Shown piece by piece: positions 26,122-36,519 of a stretch of DNA of 64,000 bases. The translations under genes and the position numbers were made by a program. The stretch is from Marsupella aquatica (lineage: Eukaryota > Plantae > Marchantiophyta). Within the stretch, counting starts at the first letter, position 1; the number at the start of each line of letters is the position of its first letter. Location: contig OZ316893.1 in assembly GCA_973895155.1 (NCBI GenBank), forward strand, positions 26,524,798 to 26,588,797, in the 5' to 3' direction. The notes under the pieces are model-generated. The model was not told the DNA's origin. It did no database searches and was given only the letters and a program-made list of their open reading frames with translations.

Positions 26122-27245
26122 TATGGTATAGCCGGAAGAATCCAAAGTGACACTTTTCACTTAAAGACCAAGGTTTCGATCCCTTTAAGAACAAAAAAGG
26201 AATGGATTGAATGATTGTAACTATTTTGAAGACTTAAGAGTATCACTCAAACCAAATCTTCAGACAAAAGAGAAATAAATGGATAAACTAACAAAATGAA
26301 CAAAAAAGATTAATTCCCAAGTCATGGATTATGGAAAAGCTTTTAGAACCAAGGTCCAATGGATTGAATCTCCACTGCCACTCCTTCAAAAAGGATTCTG
26401 GTTTTATCGTGTTAACAAGATTGCAACAAATCTCGCCTCAATTGCTCTTCTCCATCACCATGAAAATATAAACAGAAAGGGTAAATGCTCACCAACACCA
26501 AAGTAGCTTTCTGGTGACCGATACAACGATACTCACTAAAATGCCCTCAACATGGATAGAACTTTGGCAATACACAACTCCGATCTATCACTAGTGGGTA
26601 TGCCAAAGTAAGGGTAACGGTACTAACTATTCTGAAATCAAAATCTTGCTCCTTTTTATCCACATTTATCATTGAATTCCTAGCGATTCTTGACCCACAA
26701 GCAATCCTAATTTGAATTCATATGATCTTGGAAATTTGTAATGAAAAACTCAGGCACCAACAGGAATAAATTCATTACATCACAAAGGAAGTGTTTTACT
26801 TCATTCATAAATCATTCTCGAAAGCAATGATTACAAAGGAAGGAGGGAAACTTGCAAAAGTTTGCAACACTGAATACAAGCTTCACTGGAAAACAAAAAG
26901 GAAAACGATAATCTTATAGGTCTAAGTGGAGCATAAAAAGGGGAAATGAAAAGTCATGCCTTTTCAAAACCTAGAAAAAAGGTAATAAAAATTGAGTACT
27001 AAACTAAGGTAGAAAAAGATCACTAAATAACTAGGGTAAATGGGTAACAAAAATCTGTCTTCGAACTTCCGCCGAGTATCGTCCTTCATAAGTTTGGTCT
27101 CCATGGGACACCTCTCAGAAGCGTCCTTCATAAGTATTGTCAGTCAGGTAAAGTTGGGCATTTGGGTACCAAAATGCAATTAATTCATGAACTTTGCATC
27201 TTATTTCCATCTTCCATTGATTTTGCAAAAAATTCAGGTGTCACA
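26122..27245 (-). repeat. 3' LTR of nested element
   Basis: Direct repeat of 31471-32594; the terminal CA is mutated to TA. Confidence 0.95.
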
Positions 27246-27260
27246 TAGCCCTCTCCTCAA
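27246..27260 (-). other. Polypurine tract of nested element
   Basis: Minus strand reads TTGAGGAGAGGGCTA immediately before the 3' LTR. Confidence 0.7.
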
Positions 27261-27415
27261 ATGGCGCCGTGTCCTCACAAGCCATAATTCAGATGAACTT
27301 CAAATGTCTTCATAAAGTCTTCACAAAATTGACACAAAAAGAAGGAGGCTGATGTGGCATCTCACATAAATAAATCAGAACTGTAAAATGGGCGCTTGTT
27401 GACATCATCGAAGGA

Positions 27416-29164
27416 TCAAAGTCCAACTCCAAAACCGGTATCTAACAAAGGTGGGGTAACCTTGATAGAAGGTAACTGAGCTATCCATTGAATCTGTTGC
27501 CTTCCCTTGGAGGTCTTGCTTTTAATAGCCATAATCTTCTTGAGTTTACCTCGGAATTCCACTAAAGTGTCATCCTTCTGTTTTCTAATGATTACTCCGT
27601 CAGGGCCTACCCATGCAAAGTAAGCAAATGGCCACTTAAAATCTGGATGAGGTGGTGGAAAAGGGGCATAAACTCTGCGACAATGGTAAACCCAGTTCCA
27701 CATCTCAATAGACTCCAGCCGGCAGGATCTGAGCATATCAATGGGCAAAAGCAGATTTGGACAAGTGTAAGTAGCACAGAAGCTCTGTTGACGACCATGA
27801 ATAACTGGTGGGGAAACAGGTGGCAAAATTTGTCTTCTGCTGAAGGCAGCTTGATTCACCAACTCACTGAATCGATAATTCCATTCTGCTGGACTCCATT
27901 GATGCAACGTGAAAATCTGAGGTGGTACTAACTCTAGAGGTGAAGTATGAACAAAAGCAGGAGCTATAGGTACTGGTGCAACTGGAGTAGGCTCGACTTC
28001 TGGTGGTATTTCCTCAGCAGGAACCGATGCAGAAGGACTACAAGCTGCTGGTGGAGATGAATTGACAGGAATCTCTTTTGAGTCAGCATCAACATCAAAT
28101 GTCTCCTTCTCGGATAGATCCTGGTCCTCATCAACCGGTTCTACTTCTGTATGGCGTCCAGCGACGATGTCCAAATCTCGTCTTAATTCAGTCACAGCAT
28201 CAACCACATTCAGTCTAGTGCAATTCAAAATGTCACAAATCTGATCAAGTAGAGTCGAATCCGAGGGTGAAGCTTGAGAAGAACCAGGTTCATTTGATGT
28301 TGGCTTAGGTAGCTTTCGCTTCTTGAGCTTTGGTTTTTCAGTCGAAGGAAATAAGAACTCTAACTTAATCTTCTCTTCATCATTCAGACATTTCTCACTC
28401 CAATAGATATGAGCAATGTAAGAAGGAAGATAAGAAAATTTGATAATCTTCTAAGCCATCCTAGAAATCTGATTCTGCACCTGAGTATGAATGACATCGA
28501 ATAGAATCTGGGACCAATTGATCTGCTCCTTGCCTTCTAGAGAAACAACGATGGTGGTAGCCAAGGCTAGAGAAATCCTGGTTTGCTTCTCAAGTTTCAG
28601 AATAGGGATCAGAAATGCAAAAATAGGAGTCAGGTCAAGGAGGTCCAAACAATGCTCGATCATCCATCCGCTCCTTCTCTGCCACGATTGGGGCTGAAAC
28701 TTGCTCTCCACATAACCACGATGCTCGGTCTCTCCATCCAGCAATCCTTTCCCTTTCCTTGGTGTCCTATAAACTTTGGCAATCACTTTTAATGTCCAAG
28801 CTTCTGGATTGGCTCGAATGCCCTCATTACGCTTCCGCTTCTTGGTTCGAAAAGTGCTCTGCTCAGAACCATCGAGAATTGACCATGGCAACTTAATCAA
28901 GAAGTCGAGGCCCATCTTAGCCAGGTTCTCCGTTAGGCATTTCATACCTTCCTTTGTTTGAGGGTATTCTGGTCGAGGAGCCCGAGTTGTATATTTCTCT
29001 GTCATGACTCCACAAAACAGGTCCACTTCGCTGGCCGTTGTTCGCCAAACGCTTGAGCTTGCTTCCAATTTCTCCCGCAATTTCTGCACTCCACTTCTGT
29101 GTCTGGTCCTTGCGCTCCCTTTCCAACTTGAATCAGTCCAAACGCTCCACTCATCAGCCCGCAA
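27416..29164 (-). pseudogene. TE accessory ORF (~580 codons, one internal TAG), plant-transposon-protein-like
   Basis: ORFs 28451-29164 and 27416-28228 are in the same frame, separated by a single TAG at 28451. The pattern LIKLPW..INWSQILF..YLPSYIAHIY is reminiscent of Athila/Tat extra ORFs (by eye). Confidence 0.55.
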
Positions 29165-29166
29165 TG

Positions 29167-29652
29167 TCAGTTGAGGTGCGCGCCTTCCTCAGCCGCCATC
29201 GCCATATTGAAAGCTCGAGCAGCAGCTCCTTCCTCTTTATATTTAGCCAGGAATGCAGCCTTCAATTTTCCCCAATCCTGCTTGTCAGGGAAATGGTCGT
29301 ACCATTTTTGAGCACCTTTCTTCATCAAGCCTCCAAACAAGTTGGCCTTCTCAACATCCTGGCTTTGTCCATTGGATGCTGCCGCAACTTCAAACTCCTT
29401 GAGATACACTTTTGCATCCTCCTTTGAAGTGCCAAAGAACCTATCATATCTCACATTGTTTCGAGCCATGGTTGGTGTAGGAAAAATAGAAATAACAGGG
29501 AGGGCTGAACGAGTAGCAACAGGAAGTGTGAAAGGCTTAGCAAAAGGATTGGTAGTCCCTTGAGGACTCACACAACTCGAGCTGCTGGAATGACTGCTAT
29601 TTCCTGAGCTACTGCTCTTCTCGCTAGAAGATGAACTCCCTATTTCACTCAA
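29167..29652 (-). CDS. Gag capsid-like fragment
   Basis: RFFGTSKEDAKVYLKEFE..LFGGLMKKGAQKWYD..DWGKLKAAFLAKY fits the Retrotrans_gag pattern. Confidence 0.7.
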   Translation of the reverse strand: MSEIGSSSSSEKSSSSGNSSHSSSSSCVSPQGTTNPFAKPFTLPVATRSALPVISIFPTPTMARNNVRYDRFFGTSKEDAKVYLKEFEVAAASNGQSQDVEKANLFGGLMKKGAQKWYDHFPDKQDWGKLKAAFLAKYKEEGAAARAFNMAMAAEEGAHLN

Positions 29653-30719
29653 TGGATTCGCACCATCGGAATGTGAGAAAATGTCAGATTCTCTCCTTCA
29701 AGTGGTATCCCAATTAAGTTCTTTGGTGAATCAGGAATTCCTTTTGAGATAACAGATTCACCTTCTTCTAATTGATCGGATCGCCTTAAGGCACGGACAG
29801 TCTCTGAGCCCTTCCGTGACTTATGTGATCCAATCAACTTTGGGCCTGACCAAAGGTTGACGAACAGAGGTCTAGATGCTGTGGGCTGCTCCATAGACCC
29901 GCTTGAAACTCCCTCTTGGATGGATTTCACTTGCTTCCACATGCTTCCAGGCACAGGTGCTCCAGGTGTTTGAAACTCAGGAAGCAACGTTCGAGGCTCG
30001 ACTGCCTTCCTCGAAGTTTCAGGTCTCCCGGATGTTTTGCTCACTCTCTTGGCGATTGCTTGTTCGTCCTGCGACATGCCTTACTCCCAAATTTGGTTGC
30101 ACAAATAGAAGGCAAGTAGGCTAAATGATGGTTCCCTTCCATCATATCAGATCTAAACGGACTCTATCGATGGTGCCTGTCCAAGTCTTCCTTTTCAGAT
30201 CCTCCAGCTTGGAAAGGTGGCGGTGCTCAATCTGAACAGTTGCACCTCTCCAATTCTAAACAAAGGGTGGCACCCTTTTATATCCTCAAGCACGCACCTT
30301 TTTATATCCTCAAGCACGCACCTCTCGCTTGCTCCCGATTAACGCACCCTCATTCGCGACTCAACATTTCTTTGGGACGCATTCGCGTGGCGTCCTTCAT
30401 CCTTGGGATGCCTCTTCGTGGCGTCCTTCACAGTCATCTCTATCCTAAATCTAGCTTGACGTTATTGTACAATTTACTTAATTAATCAATAATTTTACTC
30501 CTCGACCTTCTTCTATTTCTTTGTCTAACTTTGTTTTAAACAGTCAATTTCAGATTTGGAATTCTGCCGCCCATTAGGTCATTAGGATCCCTAAGGATTC
30601 AAAACTTCAGAAATCAATATGTAAATTCATGGGTTTTGAGCTTAAGGAGGAGGCGAGGTGTGCCCTGACTGGTGGAATTTTCCAAAACAAAATTGATTGT
30701 TTTGATCTTACTGCAAACC

Positions 30720-31073
30720 CTAATGTATCCAGGTGCTATTTAACAAAATTGAGGGAAGGGAAAAAATCTGGGAATCCACAATTAAGAAATCTAGTTCAAA
30801 TGTCTCATCACCTATTTGGGTTCGAACATTTCTTACAAGCCCCTTGGGTCTAATTATCTCTCCATTGTTGATTCTCAGTCTTTCAGGAGTGGGTAGCAGT
30901 TGCCTAATACCCACTCTATCAGCGATTTCAGTGGTCATCAAATTGTTTTGGGATCCTTTATCCATAACTACATTGGACAATACAATTCCCCCAATTACCA
31001 CTTCAAATTCAAATTCAAATTCCTCTTCCATCTTAAAGAATTGATGATTGCTTATTGGAATTTGGCCGGACAC
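30720..31073 (-). CDS. Retropepsin-like aspartic protease remnant
   Basis: VVIGG..VVMDKGSQNNLMT..LRINNGEIIRPKGLVRNVRTQIG..LDFLIV matches the Gypsy protease fold pattern; the D(S/T)G motif is altered to DKG. Confidence 0.65.
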   Translation of the reverse strand: MSGQIPISNHQFFKMEEEFEFEFEVVIGGIVLSNVVMDKGSQNNLMTTEIADRVGIRQLLPTPERLRINNGEIIRPKGLVRNVRTQIGDETFELDFLIVDSQIFSLPSILLNSTWIH

Positions 31074-31446
31074 TTCCCTGGTTCTTTGAAATCCTCCAAT
31101 CTCTTTTGTGCTGACGCTCCCTGAATCTGCCTCTTTCCGCTGGTGACATCAGGCTCAACCAATTTCCTTAGCATGCCCACCAATAATCTTGGGGCGTTCT
31201 CTAAGGTATATGGATTTTTCTCAAACCTAAAATCCTTCCCACTTTCTGACGTAGACATGTTTGCATATGCTTCTTCTCTCAATTCTCCAAATCAAATAAG
31301 CCTCCTTGAAGCCAATACAATTCCCCTCAACTCCATATTACACTTCTCTCTTCACAAATCAAAACTTCTCCCCAGAATTTCAATTTCTCATCTTTTCAAT
31401 TTTTCAGCATTCATTGCCTGAACATCAACCTCATTCCTTCATCCGT

Positions 31447-31464
31447 TCCCCGGCAGCGGCGCCA
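31447..31464 (-). other. Primer-binding site, tRNA-Asp type
   Basis: Minus strand TGGCGCCGCTGCCGGGGA just inside the 5' LTR; the canonical Athila PBS is TGGCGCCGTTGCCGGGGA. Confidence 0.85.
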
Positions 31465-31470
31465 AAAAGA

Positions 31471-32594
31471 TGTGGTATAGCCGGAAGAATCCAAAGTGAC
31501 ACTTTTCACTTAAAGACCAAGGTTTCGATCCCTTTAAGAACAGAAAAGGAATGGATTGAATGATTGTAACTGTTTTGAAGACTTAAGAGTATCACTCAAA
31601 CCAAATCTTCAGACAAAAGAGAAATAAATGGATAAACTAACAAAATGAACAGAAAAGATTAATTCCCAAGTCATGGATTATGGAAAAGCTTTTAGAACCA
31701 AGGTCCAATGGATTGAATCTACACTGCCACTCCTTCAAAAAGGATTCTGGTTTTATCGTGTTAACAAGATTGCAACAAATCTCGCCTCAATTGCTCTTCT
31801 CCATCACCATGAAAATATAAACAGAAAGGGTAAATGCTCACCAACACCAAAGTAGCTTTCTGGTGACCGATACAATGATACTCACTAAAATGCCGTCAAC
31901 ATGGATAGAACTTTGGCGATACACAACTCCGATCTATCACTAGTGGGTATGCCAAAGTAAGGGTAACGGTACTAACTATTCTGAAATCAAAATCTTGCTC
32001 CTTTTTATCCACATTTATCATTGAATTCCTAGCGATTCTTGACCCACAAGCAATCCTAATTTGAATTCATATGATCTTGGAAATTTGTAATGAAAAACTC
32101 AGGCACCAACAGGAATAAATTCATTACATCACAAAGGAAGTGTTTTACTTCATTCATAAATCATTCTCGAAAGCAATGATTACAAAGGAAGGAGGGAAAC
32201 TTGCAAAAGTTTGCAACACTGAATACAAGCTTCACTGGAAAACAAAAAGGAAAACGATAATCTTATAGGTCTAAGTGGAGCATAAAAAGGGGAAATGAAA
32301 AGTCATGCCTTTTCAAAACCTAGAAAAAAGGTAATAAAAATTGATTACTAAACTAAGGTAGAAAAAGATCACTAAATAACTAGGGTAAATGGGTAACAAA
32401 AATCTGTCTTCGAACTTCCGCCGAGTATCGTCCTTCATAAGTTTGGTCTCCATGGGACACCTCTCAGAAGTGTCCTTCATAAGTATTGTCAGCCAGGTAA
32501 AGTTGGGCATTTGGGTACCAAAATGCAATTAATTCGTGAACTTTGCATCTTATTTCCATCTTCCATTGATTTTGCAAAAACTTCAGGTGTCACA
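31471..32594 (-). repeat. 5' LTR of nested element
   Basis: TG...CA ends; direct repeat of 26122-27245. Confidence 0.95.
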
Positions 32595-35096
32595 GCCTCC
32601 AATAGGTCCACTAAATCGCACGGGCAATTGACTCAATCGAGCATCTCCAGATTGCCAATCAGGTCGGTACGACACTGATTCATTCCAAAAATCAAGAACA
32701 AATCCCATAGGATAGAGAACTGTACATCCCACCAAGACATCATATGACTCAGCCTTAGTCAAAATAGCTCGAGCCTGGATCCGTGAATTATCCTTTGAAT
32801 AATCCTCCTGAATCCTAAGTTCAAGTGCTCGTCAAGTGATATGTTGTGTGGGTGTAGGTCCTCCCAATGAAGTTTGAATGGGAAAGGGACACTCCTCCAA
32901 GTCATCAGGACGCAGTCCCAATCCTCTTATCGCAGACTTACCCAACATCAAGGGCTGAGCACCAGTATCCAGTAACACTCGCTCTGGCTGGTATATTGCT
33001 CCAGAAGGCCCAACTAATCGGAAGATACCACTCTGATTATCCAATGATATGACGCTAGGTTTAAACCTAGTCCTCTCATAAGCAGGGCGTGCTGGTAAAT
33101 CTATCAACCTTGCCGCTGCTGCATGCCATGTTTCATTACTGGCAATAGGTGGATTCAACTCCACTACTTCAGAATTGGGCGTTGCTTCTGCACACGAAGC
33201 AACAGTTGGAGTGTCCTCGCATAATGTGGCCGCCAATCTGAACACCTCTGCTGGACTAACTCCCAATGTCAGCATATCCATAGCGGAAAATAATGGCGTG
33301 CGCACTATAGTAGTGGCCGCCCCCAACAAGGTACTTGTCATCCCTATCACAACATCACTTGAATCCGCCAACTTACCCCCACCTGGGTTAGTCCGAACCG
33401 GATTCATAGAGGTAGTTTGAACTGCCTCTAACAATGTAAACGATTGGGGAAGCTTTGTTTGATGATGAATATCCCCTCTCTGAGGATCCAACTCTACCAC
33501 TGCTCCTCGTGGCTCAAGGGCTTTAACTGCTCCTCGAGTCAAAGCTGCTGATGCATCAACATGCGCAGTGCCACACATAAATCCCATGGTGGCAAGATCT
33601 GCATCAGCTCCATAAGAGGTTGAAGCTCCATAGGATGTAGAAGCCCCATCACTAGCAGTAGGTCTAACTTGAGAACTAGCCATTGCAGCTAGTTGTTGCT
33701 CCAATTGAGCAATCTTTACATCCTTAGGATCTGTGGTAACGGTAGGAGCAACATCACCTCCTTGTCTTCCTGCATGTGGCATGCCTCGACCACGTCCACC
33801 ACCTCTACCTCCTCTTCCCTGATCATACGCACGTGGTCCTCCCCGTCGTAGTTCAGGATGAAGTACAAAACACCTATCTTTGGTGTGTCCAGAAACTCCA
33901 CAATGATCACACTGTCGTTGATCATGCGTAGATGCCCCTCCTTGCCCCCTATTATCCGGGCAATATCTTTGGGCATGATCCCCACCACAAGTCCAACATC
34001 CTGATTGTTGTCCAGCATAAGAAGGCACAAGTCTTTGACTAGTAGATTCCCGTGTTGTAGGCTTCTCTCTCTGGCTCTTACGTACAGTAGGTTGCGGTGT
34101 GGGCATCGATGCAACCTTTGGTGCTTCCTTGGCAAATCCGGAAGTCACCACCTTCTCATTCACCATATTGAGCTCAATGCGCTCAGCAAGTGCAAAAACT
34201 ATAGCCAATGTGGGATCTGAATCCCTCAATAGAGTGGCATCTCTCACTCTACGACGCAACTCCCTATCCAGAATTGCATACCAAAATTGGACCGCTTGGG
34301 CCTCTGTCACTCCTTGTGTGACCGTAATCAATCTTCGCATACGAGTGTATGCCTCACGTAGGCTCTCTCCAGTCTTGCGCTGGAACTCCTGAAGACCCTT
34401 CAACTTATCGGTTCTCACACCCTGGTAGTTCTGCTTCAATACTCCGAAGAACTTCATCACAGGGTTAAATGTTGGTGCAACTCCACTCCCAGCCACAATC
34501 ACACCGGTAGGAGTAGCGGTGGATGCTGATGGAGTGCCACTCTGGCTAGTGCTGCTAGAAGAAGCCACAGTTGTAGCAATGGGTTGGGAAACCGCACTTG
34601 TGCCATAAGTGATGGACACATAGTTTGGTGACCAATGTTGTCTCCATGCCTCAATATCCACTACATGAGCCTTTCGAAACTCATGGTAGTCATCCATGGG
34701 TGGCCCCTCCAAATGCTGAAACAACCCTTTCCAAGCCATGAAAGGTGTGAACAATGTGGCATTACGCATTGTCTGCATATCACACCACGTATCAAACTCT
34801 TGGATGAAATCATCCAAATCAATCGTGCCAACTGCACCAGAGTATCTCCTCGGTCCTTTCGTGGCCCCATACATCTCTTCCATATCCCACAACAATGGCA
34901 CAGTCACTTGATGTCGAGGAGAACTGGCTACTAAGTCCTCGTCAAAATCACTATCTGAAACCCCACTTGTAACCACTAACAATGTCGTCGGCCGAAATTG
35001 CACTCCACTCCGAGTGAAACCAGACCGTCGTCCCTCGGGTAGCCCCGTATCACCAGAGGACTCTGTGATGACTAATTTTCCCTAAATGGTCACCAT
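32595..35096 (-). pseudogene. Gag-protease portion of outer polyprotein
   Basis: ATG at 35096 (MVTI*GK..FTRSGVQF), capsid-like region, two zinc knuckles (CWTCGGDHAQRYC, CDHCGVSGHTKDRC) and protease VLLDTGAQ..YDVLVG. Stops at 35082 and 32832. Joins in frame to 26116 across the GCCTC TSD (..IGG|PKSAPL..). Confidence 0.9.
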
Positions 35097-35127
35097 CAAC
35101 TCACCACTATCAATAATCAACCGATTG

Positions 35128-35528
35128 GCGAAACGGTGTTCCGCGGATACCAATCACTCAATCACGGAACGGTGTTCCGTAATGCATCACCACCAATCTC
35201 CAAGACAATTGACGAAACGATGTTCCGTCAATTGCTTAGTTGCGGGACAATGTTCCGCAACCAACCCTTCTTCACAACGCAGACGAGATGTGTAATGGGG
35301 CAGACCAATCTTCAATATGCACCCACAACGGAATAGTGTTCCGTGGAAAACCAATCTTCCCAAAATTATCACAACAAAATGGTAATTTGTACCCGATCGT
35401 TCTCCAATATGCACTCACGATGGAACAGTGTTCCGTGGAAGACCAATCTTCCCAAAACTACCACGACGGAACGGTGTTCTGCGGTCAACCAATCTCCAAT
35501 ATGCCCTCTCAACGGAACGGTGTTCCGT
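35128..35528. repeat. Array of eight 17-bp hairpin motifs (RCGGAAC-NNN-GTTCCGY) in the retrotransposon leader
   Basis: Copies start at 35128, 35164, 35212, 35242, 35328, 35420, 35466 and 35512. Confidence 0.85.
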
Positions 35529-36032
35529 GGAAGACCTTCACAACCCTATTGCTGCGAAAACCCCGCCGCAATTCCCGGACAAAGTCACTGTTCCCTCACT
35601 TTGTCGTTTTCCTTGTGCCCTAGGTCGCCGCCGCACCTCGCCTCTCCGCGGTGCACTACGTCGCCTCTCCGCGGTGCGCTATGTTGCCGTAGGGGACACA
35701 ATTCGTCAACCTTCAACATCACTTTCTTCGAAGGAATGGACTGTCCGTCAACATCAAACTTGATGAATCTCAAATCCGTAACATACAACTTCAACGATCA
35801 ACCCCCGATTGGAACCATCCCCAACCAGAATCACAAACAATCACAAGTCCGACCAACTTGCCTTCACAAAACCGCAGCGAATACTCTTAGCAATCCGCGC
35901 ATAACAATCGACAGCAACTTCCGATCATCGACCGCACATTCAGTCCTCCAACATGCTACAATGTCGATCGATGCAAATTGCAACTCCAAACGCGCAACTC
36001 AACAACTCAAAGCTCCGCATCCACTCGAGCTT

Positions 36033-36043
36033 TCTCAACACCA
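36033..36043 (-). other. Primer-binding site, probably tRNA-Leu
   Basis: Minus strand TGTTACA-AGT-TGGTGTTGAGA. The 11-mer is complementary to the ..UCUCAACACCA 3' end of plant tRNA-Leu(AAG), recalled from memory. Confidence 0.65.
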
Positions 36044-36046
36044 ACT

Positions 36047-36519
36047 TGTAACAGATCGAGATACCAGCGATCCATTCAACAACAAAACCCGATCCGAGAT
36101 ACCACGAATCGTCAACAACAAAACTTCAACGAAATCGAACTTCTATTTGCACGATCCGTACATCAGAATTTGAAGCTGATCTTTCAATGTAATCTTCTTC
36201 AATAGTGCAAATCGAACAACGATCGGTGCTAATCCAACAACGATCCCATCCGACGTGATCACACATGTATGTCAAGCCCAACGCACCTTGTGCTTCAAGG
36301 AATCCACGTTACATGCACACAACTTGGTCAGCCACACCATAGCCACCAAGCTCATGCTCAAAGGCTCAACATTGAAAGATGAGGCCTTTGAGCCAACACA
36401 AGGGGATAACTATCCCTCACACCAACTCAAACTAAACATAGTGCTCATGTAGCACACATACAAAACCTCTATACCTAGATAGTACGATATACTTTACTAC
36501 CACTCTAAATGGTGTGACA
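36047..36519 (-). repeat. 5' LTR of outer element (473 bp)
   Basis: TGTCAC...GTTACA on the minus strand, followed by a PBS; the first 330 bp are repeated at 16626-16954. Confidence 0.8.

Larger units (their letters stand above)
26122..32594 (-). mobile_element. Nested non-autonomous LTR retrotransposon (Athila-type PBS)
   Basis: 1124-bp LTRs at 26122-27245 and 31471-32594, with about a dozen differences by eye. Perfect 5-bp TSD GCCTC (26117-26121 / 32595-32599). PBS and PPT present; no RT or INT motifs. Confidence 0.95.
16489..36519 (-). mobile_element. Ty3/Gypsy LTR retrotransposon carrying a cytosine methyltransferase (outer element of the nest)
   Basis: Ends TGTCAC..(36519) and ..CAACA(16489), flanked by aaga(tg) on both sides (4-6 bp TSD, boundary ambiguous). 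A 330-bp terminal repeat is shared (16626-16954 / 36190-36519). Domain order Gag-PR-DNMT-RT-RH-INT. Confidence 0.93.

Noticed and set aside
26117-26194. N-terminus MFLKGSKPW.. of the 291-aa ORF as a real MTase start
   Set aside because: These codons come from the nested LTR; the true upstream sequence is at 32595 and above.
26324-26506. 60-aa ORF duplicated at 31673-31855
   Set aside because: It is simply part of the two LTR copies and has no coding signature.
22373-35096. Programmed readthrough or U-to-C editing of the in-frame stops
   Set aside because: There are five scattered stops, including in conserved cores, alongside matching missense transitions. Mutational decay is simpler, and plant U-to-C editing is organellar.
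35128-35528. CRISPR array (palindromic repeats with spacers)
   Set aside because: The context is eukaryotic, repeats are only 17 bp, spacing is irregular, spacers resemble each other and there are no cas genes.
35343-36173. 276-aa plus-strand ORF in the outer element leader
   Set aside because: It has a non-ATG start, is low-complexity and repeat-derived, and shows no recognisable domain.
16489-36519. DIRS/Ngaro tyrosine-recombinase element
   Set aside because: Despite split-repeat-like ends, no YR motifs were seen; it has protease, DDE integrase, PBS, TG..CA ends and a TSD.
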